Below are positions 39,162-49,970 of a stretch of DNA of 64,000 nt, piece by piece. The notes beneath the pieces are model-generated. The model searched no databases, was not told the DNA's origin, and worked only from the letters and a program-made list of their open reading frames with translations. The DNA is from an uncultured Verrucomicrobiae bacterium (GTDB lineage: Bacteria; Verrucomicrobiota; Verrucomicrobiia; Limisphaerales; Palsa-1400), in assembly GCA_963702845.1 (NCBI GenBank), contig OY969763.1:1632001-1696000 (forward strand). The letters run 5' to 3'. How positions within the stretch are numbered: the stretch's first letter is position 1; every line of letters begins with the position of its first letter. The position numbers were made by a program, and so were the translations under genes.

Positions 39162-39841
39162 TTGGCGGGCATGGGGGTGGCCGGGCTATTGGTTGCACGA
39201 CGCATCGTAATCGGCTTGTCCGCTGGTGGCGGCGGGACTTCAAAGATGTAAGAGGTTTGTTTCAGGCCGGCGACATACGTGGCTAATGCTTTGCCGTCGT
39301 CTGTCGGAATGATCTCGTATCCGTCATCGGTAGCAACGGGCAAGGCATCGGGTGACGGAGCGCGGTCGATCTTCTGCTTCTTGAATAAATATGGAAATGG
39401 CGGCATGACCGTTCCAGGCACACGAAGGCGTGGGTCGCGCGGATTGTAGAGATGCAGCAGAATCGTTTGTAGATCCAATCGGGTGCCGGCATTTGCTAAA
39501 TCCGGACCGACCCGCTGCGTTCCAAGCATCACCGGATAGTCGTACATGTAATCTTGCGCAACGCTGTAACGTTGGCGCATTCCCCAGCCACGCATCAAAT
39601 CCGGGCCGAGACCAGCGGGGCGAACCTGTTGGGTGTGACATGCCACGCAGTTGTTGGCGCGATAAACCTCCATGCCGCGCTTTTCAGCGCCTGTCCGATA
39701 GGAAGGATAATTATCGCCGTTAGGAATGGTGAGCGCTGGCTGGATGCCGCCGAGTTGCACTTGCGGGCCGAAAACGAAAGTCGCCCACGAAATGATCATC
39801 GTGCAAAAAACGCCAATGAATACGAATGGACCGAAGTTCAT
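39158..39841 (-). CDS. cbb3-type oxidase subunit II-like cytochrome (CcoO-like)
   Basis: CVACHTQQVRP, GTQRVGPDL, MPPF. Confidence 0.88.
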   Translation of the reverse strand: MNFGPFVFIGVFCTMIISWATFVFGPQVQLGGIQPALTIPNGDNYPSYRTGAEKRGMEVYRANNCVACHTQQVRPAGLGPDLMRGWGMRQRYSVAQDYMYDYPVMLGTQRVGPDLANAGTRLDLQTILLHLYNPRDPRLRVPGTVMPPFPYLFKKQKIDRAPSPDALPVATDDGYEIIPTDDGKALATYVAGLKQTSYIFEVPPPPADKPITMRRATNSPATPMPAK

Positions 39842-41250
39842 GATTTAGTCATTCTGAGTTCACGTCCCGCCGCGCGAACCACGAGCAGCAAGAGATTCAA
39901 TAAACCTGCAATCTGGCCGACAACCAGCAACAGATCCCCAAGCGTGCTGACGCGAACAGCGGCCAAAGTTGTTTTCAGGACCACGAGAAAAGAATTTTGC
40001 GGATTCGTCAGCAGGTAACCTTCAGCAATGCCGCCAACCAACAATGCGATATAGCTCAGCACCACGCCAATGAACGTCAGCCAGAAATGGGCACTGATCA
40101 TTTTGGCTGATGGAAATTCGATACCCATCACGCGCGGAAGCAGGTGATACATCGCACCGAACATCGTGAGAGCAAAGAAGCCGTAGACCCAAAGATTTTT
40201 CTGCGCGACCGTGAACCAGGTAAAGTCGGTCAGAGAGCTGACGGCCGGGACTGCACCGACAATCAATTGAACGCTGGCGATCGCCCAGAACATGAGACCG
40301 ACATAAGTGAATTTGAGCGGCCAACTGCTGTCCAAGCGTTCGTGACTGCCGCGGACGGTTTGCCACATGTTCAATACGATTGCGATCACCGGAATTGCAG
40401 TAAGCACAATGCCGACGGTGCTCATCGCTGAAATCCAAGCGGGAAGTGGAGCACCGTTGGGAACCGCGCCCCACGAGCCAAATAGCGCGAGAGTCCAGAA
40501 CGCGAAGAGCGCGAGTTGGCGGCTGAATAAGGTCCGGCCAAGCAGTTTTGGAATGAAGTAGAAAATCGCGGCCAATCCAGTGAAGCCGAGCACAATGGTG
40601 TGCAGGTTGTGAACGTACCACCAATTGATTGAGCTTTGTACAACGCCGCGAACGGGGCGTTCGAGCAGGAGCAACAGTGCGGTGGCACAAATCCACGCGA
40701 ACCAGAACAAAGATGTTAAACCAAACCACTGCGAAGGATAGGTCTGTTGCTCGTCGCGATTTGAGTAAGTCAGCACGGCGATAACGCCCATCACGATGTA
40801 AGAAATCCACATCGGCCAGGCAGCATAGGCAGGGAACTCGAAGTTTTGGAATCCAGTGCTGTCGACGGCGAGAACGCCGATGACGCCAATTGTCACGGCG
40901 AAGTTATAGAACGACGCCGCAATCGTCATCATAATCGGGCTCGCCGCGGGCGTGCGGCCCAAGCGGACAAACAACCAAAGCACGAAGGCCATGCCTGCCT
41001 GAAGTGCGAAGCCGTATAACGCGCAATCCGCTTGCAACGCGACCACGCGTCCGTAGGTCAGACTTGGGATAGCCGCCAAAAAATGCGGCATGTGAAATTT
41101 GAGCGATGCGATTAGGCCGAATACAGTCGCTAACAGCAGCCAGCTGAGAGCACTGACGAACAGGGCCAACAACGGCAGCCGGCACGATGATTCCACGCCC
41201 GCGACGACGTCACTGCGCGGGTTGGAAGGATGTGTTGTGGTTGCGTTCAT
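39838..41250 (-). CDS. CcoN-like membrane protein lacking most heme/CuB histidines
   Basis: LTYGR, WWYVHN, YFIPK, HFW retained; the HH and HxH ligand motifs are absent. Confidence 0.8.
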   Translation of the reverse strand: MNATTTHPSNPRSDVVAGVESSCRLPLLALFVSALSWLLLATVFGLIASLKFHMPHFLAAIPSLTYGRVVALQADCALYGFALQAGMAFVLWLFVRLGRTPAASPIMMTIAASFYNFAVTIGVIGVLAVDSTGFQNFEFPAYAAWPMWISYIVMGVIAVLTYSNRDEQQTYPSQWFGLTSLFWFAWICATALLLLLERPVRGVVQSSINWWYVHNLHTIVLGFTGLAAIFYFIPKLLGRTLFSRQLALFAFWTLALFGSWGAVPNGAPLPAWISAMSTVGIVLTAIPVIAIVLNMWQTVRGSHERLDSSWPLKFTYVGLMFWAIASVQLIVGAVPAVSSLTDFTWFTVAQKNLWVYGFFALTMFGAMYHLLPRVMGIEFPSAKMISAHFWLTFIGVVLSYIALLVGGIAEGYLLTNPQNSFLVVLKTTLAAVRVSTLGDLLLVVGQIAGLLNLLLLVVRAAGRELRMTKS

Positions 41251-41253
41251 CGT

Positions 41254-41628
41254 CTATTCGTATTGGCTCGGCTTCGCAGGCTGTGTCGGCGGAGGTGTAA
41301 AGGCTTTGGCGGCGCGCGCGAGCATCTCCTTGCGGGCTGCGGCCGGGTTCTGCCATTCCTGCGCGGTCAATTCTTTGGCGCGATCGATCGGAATGCGCAC
41401 GATTCCCTGATCTTTGTTGCGCCAGTCGTATTTCTCCAAAGTCGCAGCACCCGTAGCCTGGACCTCGGCCAGAGCCTTCGCGCGTTCGTCCGCGCGCACG
41501 TAACCAATCGGCTGCCCGTGAGTTTTGTGGCGCTCGCGATAGATCAGCCACGGCATTGCCAGGAATGCCGCCGTGATGCAAATCACGAAAACGACTGTGC
41601 GAAAATCTATGGGTCGATTGTCGTTCAT
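41254..41628 (-). CDS. Small membrane protein of the ACIII cluster (ActG-like)
   Basis: One TM, YDW..K..G.VRIPIDRA motif. Confidence 0.7.
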   Translation of the reverse strand: MNDNRPIDFRTVVFVICITAAFLAMPWLIYRERHKTHGQPIGYVRADERAKALAEVQATGAATLEKYDWRNKDQGIVRIPIDRAKELTAQEWQNPAAARKEMLARAAKAFTPPPTQPAKPSQYE

Positions 41629-42878
41629 TTAGCGCGGTCTGGTGCGGTTGAAATAAAGCTGGTGGGCGGGACGTAAATGTCCAGACCTTCGGCGATGCGC
41701 GGATCCTTTTGCGGATACGGTGCGTGTTTGGTGTATGCGCGGACGAAATAGAGCGCGACGACGCCACCGATGAAAGCCATGCAGCCTACATCAAGAATTA
41801 AACCCAAGGGCGACATGCCATTTTTGTGCAGTGACGGCATGATTTGGAACTGCAGATCGAAGAAGTGCATGATCCAGGCCCAAACAGCCAAGCAGATCAT
41901 GTAGCCGGATTTGAGCTTCACATCGATACGCAGCAAAGCCAGGAACGGGACAAAGAAGTGGCCGAAGATGATGACGAAACGCCCGACGTATTTCCAGCCA
42001 CCCACTTCGCGCAGATTATACCAGAACACTTCTTCAGGCATATTCGCGTTCCAGATGATGAAATATTGCGCGAAGGTAATGTAGGCGTAGAACACCGTGA
42101 ACGCGAACAAAAGGGAACCGAGAAAATAATATTGTTTTTCGTGCATCACATAGCGCAATGGACCCGCGCGCTGTAGAAGCAAGCATATGACATAGAGCGT
42201 CGCGAGGGTTACCCAGACGCTACCGGCGAAATACCAGACGCCATACATGGTCGAGAACCATTCGTGCATCAACGCTTTGATCCACATGATGGCGGCGATC
42301 GTGAGAGTCGGAGCGAATAGGAAAATTCCAGTGCCGGTCAAGACGCGCATGCGATAGGTGCAACGAGCCGAGCCAGTTTCATCCTGAAGCAACGACCAAC
42401 GACGCAACTGCCAGGTCCAGACAATCCAGACAAGGAAGCAAAGGGCGGCAACGATGTAAAATCCAGGAATCGTCAACAACGGAAATTTTGAACTTAACGC
42501 GTGGTCGGGATTTTTTTGCAGTTCCGGTCCCATCCACGGGTAAATTTTGGTGGCAAGCAGACCAATGGGAATCCACAGGACGAGCATCCACGGCGCGACA
42601 GAGGCCAAAGTTTCCGTGACACGACGGATCGGCACCGACCACGAAGCATCGAACATATGATGGGCCAACGTCAGAAAGAACGACCCGAGGCACAGGCTCA
42701 AAAAGAACATGAAGGCCAGCAGCCAGGAATAGCCGAATTGGAGCACGCCCTTGTCGCCAGAGGCAAAAAAGCCCAGGACCATCAGGATCACGCCAACCAC
42801 TATCGCAACAATCGGTAGATTGCGATATGGCTTCAAATCCAGCGGCTCGACGTGTGCTGTGTCAGGATGAGAACTCAT
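41625..42878 (-). CDS. actF: Alternative complex III subunit F
   Basis: ASWSVPIRR, WFSTMYG, QYFIIWNANMPEE. Confidence 0.88.
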   Translation of the reverse strand: MSSHPDTAHVEPLDLKPYRNLPIVAIVVGVILMVLGFFASGDKGVLQFGYSWLLAFMFFLSLCLGSFFLTLAHHMFDASWSVPIRRVTETLASVAPWMLVLWIPIGLLATKIYPWMGPELQKNPDHALSSKFPLLTIPGFYIVAALCFLVWIVWTWQLRRWSLLQDETGSARCTYRMRVLTGTGIFLFAPTLTIAAIMWIKALMHEWFSTMYGVWYFAGSVWVTLATLYVICLLLQRAGPLRYVMHEKQYYFLGSLLFAFTVFYAYITFAQYFIIWNANMPEEVFWYNLREVGGWKYVGRFVIIFGHFFVPFLALLRIDVKLKSGYMICLAVWAWIMHFFDLQFQIMPSLHKNGMSPLGLILDVGCMAFIGGVVALYFVRAYTKHAPYPQKDPRIAEGLDIYVPPTSFISTAPDRAK

Positions 42879-42879
42879 A

Positions 42880-43551
42880 CTATTTATTCAGTGCGGCGCG
42901 GTCTGCTTCGGGCACGTCGGTTATTGTGGCCAACTGGCTGCGTTCCAGCGCGCGGACGTAAGACACGATTGCCCAACGATCTTCGACCGGGATCATTGGC
43001 CCATACGGCCCCATCAGTCCCGCTGGTGAGCCGTGAGTAATCGTGTAGAAAATCTGGCCGTCGGTCATTTCGACTACGCGACGCGAATGCAAATCGGCAA
43101 TGCCGCCAACGCCAAATTTAGACGTGACTCCTTGACCGTTGCCGGTCGGACTATGACAAGGTTGGCAATAGATGTTGTAACGTTCCTGCCCGCGATTGAG
43201 CAGCTTCACGGAGACCGGAACTGGAGACAATTCGATGAAGTTCGTCGTGCCAGTAATGCGACCGGTGGTCAGCGGTGTGTCTTCATACGGGAACACAGAC
43301 TTACCGTTAATTTTCACCGGTTCGCCGTCGATTACATACGGCTTGGTATTCGCCACTGTTCCGGAAGGATGCGGACGGGAACTCCAGCCATCTTGATAAA
43401 ACTCGCTGGGGGCTTGCGGACGTAATTTAGGCTGACGAACCATGTCAGGGAAAATTTCGAAGGGTGGCTTGCGCGATTTGGCTCCGCGAAATCCGAGCAA
43501 CCCGACGACTGTCACCACAGTGAGAATAAAGCCTAGATAGAAATAGCGCAT
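42880..43551 (-). CDS. actE: Alternative complex III monoheme cytochrome subunit E
   Basis: PDMVRQPK, CQPCH, DRWAIVSYVRAL. Confidence 0.88.
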   Translation of the reverse strand: MRYFYLGFILTVVTVVGLLGFRGAKSRKPPFEIFPDMVRQPKLRPQAPSEFYQDGWSSRPHPSGTVANTKPYVIDGEPVKINGKSVFPYEDTPLTTGRITGTTNFIELSPVPVSVKLLNRGQERYNIYCQPCHSPTGNGQGVTSKFGVGGIADLHSRRVVEMTDGQIFYTITHGSPAGLMGPYGPMIPVEDRWAIVSYVRALERSQLATITDVPEADRAALNK

Positions 43552-44090
43552 TATTCCTCCACCAGTTCGATGTGCCGGCTGCCGAGCGTCTCGAGCAGCT
43601 TGCGGGTTTCGGTTTCTGAATAGTTCGCGTCGTCCGCTTCGATCACGAGGAAGTAGCGGTCGTGTGTTGCCAGGGCGAACCGTTTATTTTTGAGGAGAGG
43701 ATGATGCAAACGTGGCAAGCGATTGAGGAACAGCATTCCGAGCAGCGCGCCGAACGAACCGAACAAAATCGTTAGTTCATAAGACGGGGGGAATGCCGCG
43801 AATGGGCTGAACATCGGTTTACCACCAATGATGATCGGATAGTCAATCGCGTTCATCCACCAGATGATCAACATGCCGGTAGTATAACCAGTCACGCCAC
43901 CGATGAATGAGAACCAGCCGACTTTCGAATTGCGTATTCCCATTGCACGATCCATTCCGTGAATCGGGAATGGCGTGAAGACATCCCAATGTCGGAATCC
44001 CTGATTATTAACCTTCTCTGCCGCATGCAGAATATCTGCGGGCGTTTCAAATTCTGCCATGATGGCGTATGGACGTCGCGAGCCGTTCAT
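43551..44090 (-). CDS. actD: Alternative complex III subunit D (DUF3341)
   Basis: FTPFPIHG, IGGKP, ELTILF. Confidence 0.88.
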   Translation of the reverse strand: MNGSRRPYAIMAEFETPADILHAAEKVNNQGFRHWDVFTPFPIHGMDRAMGIRNSKVGWFSFIGGVTGYTTGMLIIWWMNAIDYPIIIGGKPMFSPFAAFPPSYELTILFGSFGALLGMLFLNRLPRLHHPLLKNKRFALATHDRYFLVIEADDANYSETETRKLLETLGSRHIELVEE

Positions 44091-45556
44091 CAGTGATGAC
44101 CTCCATGTTTGGCTCCGCCCAGCGGATGGTGCGGATCAGCTTGCGGCGTAACGCCTTTAACTTCCGCAATCGCAATCAGCGGGATGTAGCGTAGGAACAA
44201 CAGGAAGAAGGTGAAGAACAAACCAAACGTTCCGAGATATTGCAAAATGTCGACAATCGTTGGGCTGTAATAACCCCAGTTCGACGGAATGAAGTCGCGA
44301 TGCAGCGAGGTCACCACGATGACGAAGCGTTCAAACCACATGCCGATGTTCACGAAAATCGATAGAATGAATACGATAAACATACTCGTGCGGATTTTCT
44401 TGAACCAGAAAAGCTGCGGCACAATGCAGTTACACGTAATCATGATCCAGTAAGCCCACCAATAAGGTGCTGGGTTGCAATGGAACATTTTAGAAAGGAT
44501 GAACGGGTCTGCTGCACGGTTTTCCAGGAACAGGAATTTTTCGTAAGGGTTGCCGCTATACCAGGCGATGAAGAATTCCATGGCATAGGCGTAAGCGACA
44601 ATCGAACCAGTCGCCAAAGTGACTTTGCACATCAGTTCGACGTGGCGGATCGTGACGATTTCTTCCAGGCGCAGCAACTTGCGCAACGGAATCATCAAGG
44701 TGAGCACCATGCCGAAGCCGGAGAACACCGCGCCCGCGACAAAGTAAGGAGGGAAGATGGTCGTGTGCCAACCGGGGAGTTGAGACACGGCGAAGTCCAA
44801 AGACACGATTGAGTGCACGGACAGCACCAGCGGCGTTGAGAGGCCGGCCAGGATCAAATAAGCCTTTTCGTAATTGCTCCAGTGACGGTTCGAACCCGTC
44901 CAACCGAGCGAGAACAATCCATAACCAAATTTACGAATGGTTGATTTCGCACGATCGCGCATGACCGCGAGGTCGGGTATCAATCCCATGTACCAGAACA
45001 ACACCGACACAGTGAAGTAGGTCGACACCGCAAACACGTCCCACATCAGCGGAGAACGGAACTGCGGCCAGATGCTGTAGGTGTTCGGAATCGGGAACAA
45101 CCACCAACCGAGCCAGATACGGCCAATGTGAATCAGCGGGTAAATACCGGCGCACATAACCGCGAAAATCGTCATCGCTTCCGCGGTGCGATTGATCGAG
45201 GTGCGCCAGCGTTGGCGGAGCAAAAATAGAATCGCGGAAATCAGCGTGCCGGCGTGACCGATACCGATCCACCACACGAAGTTGATAATGGCCCATCCCC
45301 ACATGACGGGGTGTCCCAGACCCCAGACGCCAACGCCTGTCGACATCAGATAAACAATCATGGAGAAGCAAAGCGTCATGAACGTGACACTGATTACGAA
45401 CGAGACTTTCCACCACAACGGGGTCTTGCCTTCGGCCACGCCAGCGATGCGGTCAGAAAGCCAACCGATGCCGCGGTTGTTTAAAACCAATGGCTCACGC
45501 TGCAACTCCGGCGGGGGAGCGTGCAAAGAGACTGATTTATCCAGCGGTGCGCTCAT
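44090..45556 (-). CDS. actC: Alternative complex III subunit C (NrfD/PsrC family)
   Basis: [39 protein letters not shown]. Confidence 0.92.
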   Translation of the reverse strand: MSAPLDKSVSLHAPPPELQREPLVLNNRGIGWLSDRIAGVAEGKTPLWWKVSFVISVTFMTLCFSMIVYLMSTGVGVWGLGHPVMWGWAIINFVWWIGIGHAGTLISAILFLLRQRWRTSINRTAEAMTIFAVMCAGIYPLIHIGRIWLGWWLFPIPNTYSIWPQFRSPLMWDVFAVSTYFTVSVLFWYMGLIPDLAVMRDRAKSTIRKFGYGLFSLGWTGSNRHWSNYEKAYLILAGLSTPLVLSVHSIVSLDFAVSQLPGWHTTIFPPYFVAGAVFSGFGMVLTLMIPLRKLLRLEEIVTIRHVELMCKVTLATGSIVAYAYAMEFFIAWYSGNPYEKFLFLENRAADPFILSKMFHCNPAPYWWAYWIMITCNCIVPQLFWFKKIRTSMFIVFILSIFVNIGMWFERFVIVVTSLHRDFIPSNWGYYSPTIVDILQYLGTFGLFFTFFLLFLRYIPLIAIAEVKGVTPQADPHHPLGGAKHGGHH

Positions 45557-48500
45557 TAATGCGCTCCTGTCTCACCGCCGCCGGGCGGTTGTGCGAACGT
45601 GTTCATTTTATGGCTTTCGGCGCCTTCACGTTCTCCAGCCTTCTTCAAGTAATCCTCAGTTGAGTACGGCTTCGCGTGCTCTTTGTAATCGGGCATTTCG
45701 GGATTTGGATTGCGCACCTTCGCGAGATAGGTCAGGCGAGGACGCGTATTCAAAAATTCCAACACTGTGTAATTGCGATCTTGCTTCTTCAGCTTCGAAA
45801 CGGTGCTTTCCTCGTCGCGTATATCGCCAAACACGATCGCTCCAGCAGGGCAGGCTTGCTGACACGCCGTCTTCGGCATCGTGCCGTCCTTCTCGGACAA
45901 GCGCACATATTCGGTGTCGCGCGCTTTGACCTTTTGCGCAATTTTCGCGCCTTCGAGACGTTGCACGCAGAAGCTGCACTTTTCCATGACGCCGCGCATA
46001 CGCACGGTGACGTCCGGATTCTTCACCATCTTGACCAAACGCCATTCGTCTTCCGGGAGATAACCGCGGTCCGGATTTTTGAGCCAGCGCGCGAAATCCC
46101 ATTCGCCGTCAGTTTGCGTGACGAGCGGGCTCGTGTAGAAGCTCTTGTGATCAAGCGTGTGCTTGTTGTAATCGAAGAAATTAAAGCGACGGACCTTATA
46201 CGGGCAGTTGTTCGAACAATAACGAGTGCCGACGCAACGGTTGTAAACCATCACGTTCAAGCCCTCTTCATCGTGCGTAGTTGCATTCACCGGGCAAACG
46301 CTTTCACACGGTGCAGCCTCGCAGTGCTGACAAAGCATCGGTTGCGTAACGGCCTGCGGATTTTCCGGCGGGCCCGCATAATAACGATCGATTCGCAGCC
46401 AGTGCATTTCACGGCTCTTGCCGACCATTTCTTTGCCGACAATCGGGACGTTGTTTTCGCTCTGGCAAGCGACCATGCAGGTCGAACAACCGACGCATGA
46501 ATTCAAATCAATGGACATGCCCCAGGCATGGAGCGCCTTGTTGTTGCGAACGGCATCTGCCTTTGCGACATCAAGAGGGTTCGTGTAATGAGATTGGCCG
46601 TCTGGCGGCATTTCCTCATCGAACCGTTTTACGAACGACGGGTTCTTTTGATACTCGTCGTAGTTCGCTTCGCGCACGACCGGACGGCCTTCCATTTGCC
46701 AGTGGCTCTGAGTCGTCGCTAAAACGTATGTGTCGGTCGTTGCTTTGACTTTCGCATTCGCGGCGTAGTAAAGGTTGTCGCTGGTGCGAATTGTGTAGGC
46801 GCTGAAACCGGTGTTGCGACCAATACGACCAGTGCGCGTGCGTCCATAACCCAGAGCAAGTGCCACTGTATAATCAGCCATGCCGGGCTGAACCCAAACT
46901 GGCCCGCGCAATTTGCGACCGTTCAATTCAATTTCAAGAACCGGGTTTGGATATTGCTGGGTCTGGTTGCCGCGTTCACGGACGACCCCAAGTTTTTCCG
47001 CCGTCAGCGGACTGACTAAAATCGCATTATCCCAAGTAAGCTTTGTAATGGGATCAGGTAATTCCTGCAACCAGCCGTTGTTGTTGTAGCGGCCATCGTC
47101 CATCTTGGAATCGCGATGGAACACAACATCCATAGAGAACGGTGAAACAGTCCATTTTGCGTCTGAAGGTTGCGACGCCCGCCGCACGGCAATGGGATCA
47201 ACTTGAACCGATGCCGGCTCGGAAGCGCTGTTCGCTAAAAATCCGTCGTGCAGGAACTTCTTCCAGTTTTCGGGATTGTTTCCCGCGATGCCACCGAACG
47301 TGGAGCGAACAATTTCGTAAGGAGAAGTTTGTGTTTCGCCAGCGATGGCTGCCAATACTTCCAATTCGGTCACACCATTGAACAGCGGCTCGATCAACGG
47401 CTGAACTGGAACCATCGTTCCATCCGCGGTACGCGCATCACCCCAAGATTCCAGGTAGTGCGCCATCGGCAGATCCCAATAGCTTACGTAATTGTATTGA
47501 TGCGTCTTGATCGCTTCTTCAGAAAGTGCTCCTGCCCAGCTCGACTCGTCTTCGTAATAACCGAGGCGGACGACATTCTTGGCCTTCGCTTGGGCAGCCG
47601 GCCAATTGAGTTCGGCGGGCGCATTGTAAACCGGGTTACCACCGAGAATAACTAAGGTTTCGATTTCGCCGGCGTTGAGTGCTTTCGCGAGATCTTGAAT
47701 CGTGCCTTCTTTGGCATCTTGCGCTGAACGATATTCAACGATCGGGCCATTGGCTCCAAGCGCTTCATTGATTGCGATTACCAACACTTGCGCGGAAACC
47801 GGCAATCGATGGCCTGCCATTACAAGAGCTTTGCCCTTGTTCGCCTTCAAATCCTGAATGCAGGGCGCGAGCCATTCTTCGATTTCTTTTGGCAGCGGGG
47901 CGGTTTCGCCAGCAGATCCTAAAACTTCCTTTGCCACGCGAGCGACAACCGCCGTCATCAAACTCGGAGCCACGCGCATGCGATGATCCGAATTCATGCC
48001 AGTCAACGTGAACAAGCTTTCCACCGTATACAGGCGGTTCATCTTGTCTTCTGGTCCGTTGATTTTGCGGTTCTTCGTGAACTTCCGAATGTTGCTGTAA
48101 GCGTTTTCTTCGTTGCCGATGAAATCGCAATCGAGCGACAAAATTGTCGTGGCCTGATCGAGCTTGTAATACGGGTCGTAAGCGCGACCCAACGCCGAAG
48201 TGGCTGCTTCGCGTCCGCTCAAGTCAACCGCTTCGTAGCTGAACCAGCGCGCTTCGGAAAGTTTCTCCGCGATGATCTGCTGCATGCGCGCCCGTGAAGG
48301 CGAGCTGCTGTGCTCGAGCAAAAATGCAATTCCTTTACCGCCATTACCGGCGATCTTGCGGATAGCCGCAAACGCCTGCTCACGAGAACGAACCAAGCCG
48401 TTCTCTTTGAAATCCATCGAGCGGTCAGGATCGTAAAGGTGCAACAGTGACGCTTGCGCAATCAGGTCTGTGCCGCCATTGCTGTCGGGATGGTCTGCAT

Positions 48501-48873
48501 TGCCCTCGATTTTGGTCGGGCGTCCATCGGTCGATTTTACAACGAGGGGAAGAGCGCTACGCCGACGCGGCATCGCGGTCGCGAAATACTGCGGAACACC
48601 GTGGATGTAATCTTCAGGCTGCTTCGCAAACGGATAAATCTTTTCAACCGGCCGACGGCAACCCGTCAACCCGAGGCCCGCCAACAAAAACGAGGCGGAC
48701 ATGATGCGCACGAAATTGCGTCGTGACACCGGATCACTGAACTCGCTGGCGCCAGATGGGAATTCACGTTCCACCCATTGGCGGAACTCCGGGTTATCGG
48801 CCAGTTGATCTAAACTGGACCAATATTTCCGGCCTGATTCCGGCTCTGGACAAACTGGTGGAATAGTTTTCAT
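45556..48873 (-). CDS. actB: Alternative complex III subunit B (molybdopterin-oxidoreductase-like plus Fe-S)
   Basis: Tat motif [52 protein letters not shown]; start at ATG overlapping the actA stop. Confidence 0.92.
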   Translation of the reverse strand: MKTIPPVCPEPESGRKYWSSLDQLADNPEFRQWVEREFPSGASEFSDPVSRRNFVRIMSASFLLAGLGLTGCRRPVEKIYPFAKQPEDYIHGVPQYFATAMPRRRSALPLVVKSTDGRPTKIEGNADHPDSNGGTDLIAQASLLHLYDPDRSMDFKENGLVRSREQAFAAIRKIAGNGGKGIAFLLEHSSSPSRARMQQIIAEKLSEARWFSYEAVDLSGREAATSALGRAYDPYYKLDQATTILSLDCDFIGNEENAYSNIRKFTKNRKINGPEDKMNRLYTVESLFTLTGMNSDHRMRVAPSLMTAVVARVAKEVLGSAGETAPLPKEIEEWLAPCIQDLKANKGKALVMAGHRLPVSAQVLVIAINEALGANGPIVEYRSAQDAKEGTIQDLAKALNAGEIETLVILGGNPVYNAPAELNWPAAQAKAKNVVRLGYYEDESSWAGALSEEAIKTHQYNYVSYWDLPMAHYLESWGDARTADGTMVPVQPLIEPLFNGVTELEVLAAIAGETQTSPYEIVRSTFGGIAGNNPENWKKFLHDGFLANSASEPASVQVDPIAVRRASQPSDAKWTVSPFSMDVVFHRDSKMDDGRYNNNGWLQELPDPITKLTWDNAILVSPLTAEKLGVVRERGNQTQQYPNPVLEIELNGRKLRGPVWVQPGMADYTVALALGYGRTRTGRIGRNTGFSAYTIRTSDNLYYAANAKVKATTDTYVLATTQSHWQMEGRPVVREANYDEYQKNPSFVKRFDEEMPPDGQSHYTNPLDVAKADAVRNNKALHAWGMSIDLNSCVGCSTCMVACQSENNVPIVGKEMVGKSREMHWLRIDRYYAGPPENPQAVTQPMLCQHCEAAPCESVCPVNATTHDEEGLNVMVYNRCVGTRYCSNNCPYKVRRFNFFDYNKHTLDHKSFYTSPLVTQTDGEWDFARWLKNPDRGYLPEDEWRLVKMVKNPDVTVRMRGVMEKCSFCVQRLEGAKIAQKVKARDTEYVRLSEKDGTMPKTACQQACPAGAIVFGDIRDEESTVSKLKKQDRNYTVLEFLNTRPRLTYLAKVRNPNPEMPDYKEHAKPYSTEDYLKKAGEREGAESHKMNTFAQPPGGGETGAH

Positions 48874-49544
48874 CGATGACACGCCGAACAATTCTGCAGC
48901 GACTGCACCTTCCAATGATCAACCAATTCGGTGCCGATCTTACGGCGCTCTTCGGCAATCTTTTTTGGCTTGTTGCTGTCGGTTGGATTCCAACCTAAAT
49001 CGGTGATCTTGGAAAGTGGACGAACCTTGGCAGATGGGTCGCGGTGGCAATCCAAACAGAAGGTCATGCTCAACGGTTGCGCCTGATAAACTTCGTCCAT
49101 CTTGTCGACGCGGCCATGACACTCAACGCAGCTAACACCGCGGTTCACGTGGACTGAGTGATTAAAATAAGCGTAGTCAGGGAGCTTATGGATCTGCACC
49201 CACTTGATGGGAGTGTTGTTTGTAAAACTCTCACGCACCGGTGCCAAACGAGGGTCGTCCTTCAACACCTGGTTGTGGCAATTCATACAGGTGCCGGATG
49301 CTGGGATATTTGAATACCAGGATTTCTCCACACCATTATGACAATAGCGGCAATCCACGCCAAGTTGGCCCGCGTGGATGTTATGGGAAAACTGAATCGG
49401 CTGGGCCGGCTCATATCCAACACGCGAATACTTCGGCGTAAGATAATACGTCGAGCCGAGCACAACGCCCGTTCCTACCAACACAGCCCCGATAATCAGG
49501 TTGCGCGGTAAGTGGTTTGTCCACTTTGGAAAAATGTCAGACAT
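48870..49544 (-). CDS. actA: Alternative complex III pentaheme cytochrome subunit A
   Basis: Five CxxCH motifs (CRYCH, CMNCH, CVECH, CLDCH, CSACH). Confidence 0.92.
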   Translation of the reverse strand: MSDIFPKWTNHLPRNLIIGAVLVGTGVVLGSTYYLTPKYSRVGYEPAQPIQFSHNIHAGQLGVDCRYCHNGVEKSWYSNIPASGTCMNCHNQVLKDDPRLAPVRESFTNNTPIKWVQIHKLPDYAYFNHSVHVNRGVSCVECHGRVDKMDEVYQAQPLSMTFCLDCHRDPSAKVRPLSKITDLGWNPTDSNKPKKIAEERRKIGTELVDHWKVQSLQNCSACHR

Positions 49545-49791
49545 CTAAAAACACTCTGCAAAAGCAGAGAAGCGGTGATTCTTTACATCCGCTTCAATCA
49601 GTCAATAATAATCCGGCGCTCGGCAACGACTCCGAAATACCGGCAAATCTGCGACAGCCCGTTGTCCCCGCCGAAAAACTTTCCTGTGACGCGACTTCAG
49701 TCGAAACACGACACCGCTTACTGCGGCATTGGCGGAAAACCGTAACTGCGAGAGTGTGTTTATGATAGAATATGACGCGCATCAAGAGACT

Positions 49792-49809
49792 TTGTGAAAT
49801 TTTTCACGA
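49792..49809. promoter_or_regulatory. Rex-like (or CRP-family) operator upstream of the ACIII operon
   Basis: TTGTGAA-ATTT-TTCACGA, one mismatch to TTGTGAA-N4-TTCACAA. Confidence 0.6.
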
Positions 49810-49970
49810 ATTAGGTCTGTTTAATCATGTCTATTAGTTGTGCTTGCGGAAGTGGTAAACGCGTCAAATGGTATTCCTTGACTGTTGATGCGTCTTCGTT
49901 GAAACGCGCACTGGTATAAAACAGGTGTGCGTTGGCTTGTGCGTGGAATGGCGGTCGCTAATATAAATCC

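Noticed and set aside
39838..41250. Functional cbb3 oxidase catalytic subunit
   Set aside because: Most of the His ligands for CuB and the hemes are missing.
45676..46500. Long antisense ORFs, such as the 274-aa ORF opposite actB and similar ones opposite other genes
   Set aside because: Shadow frames of well-supported genes with no motifs of their own.
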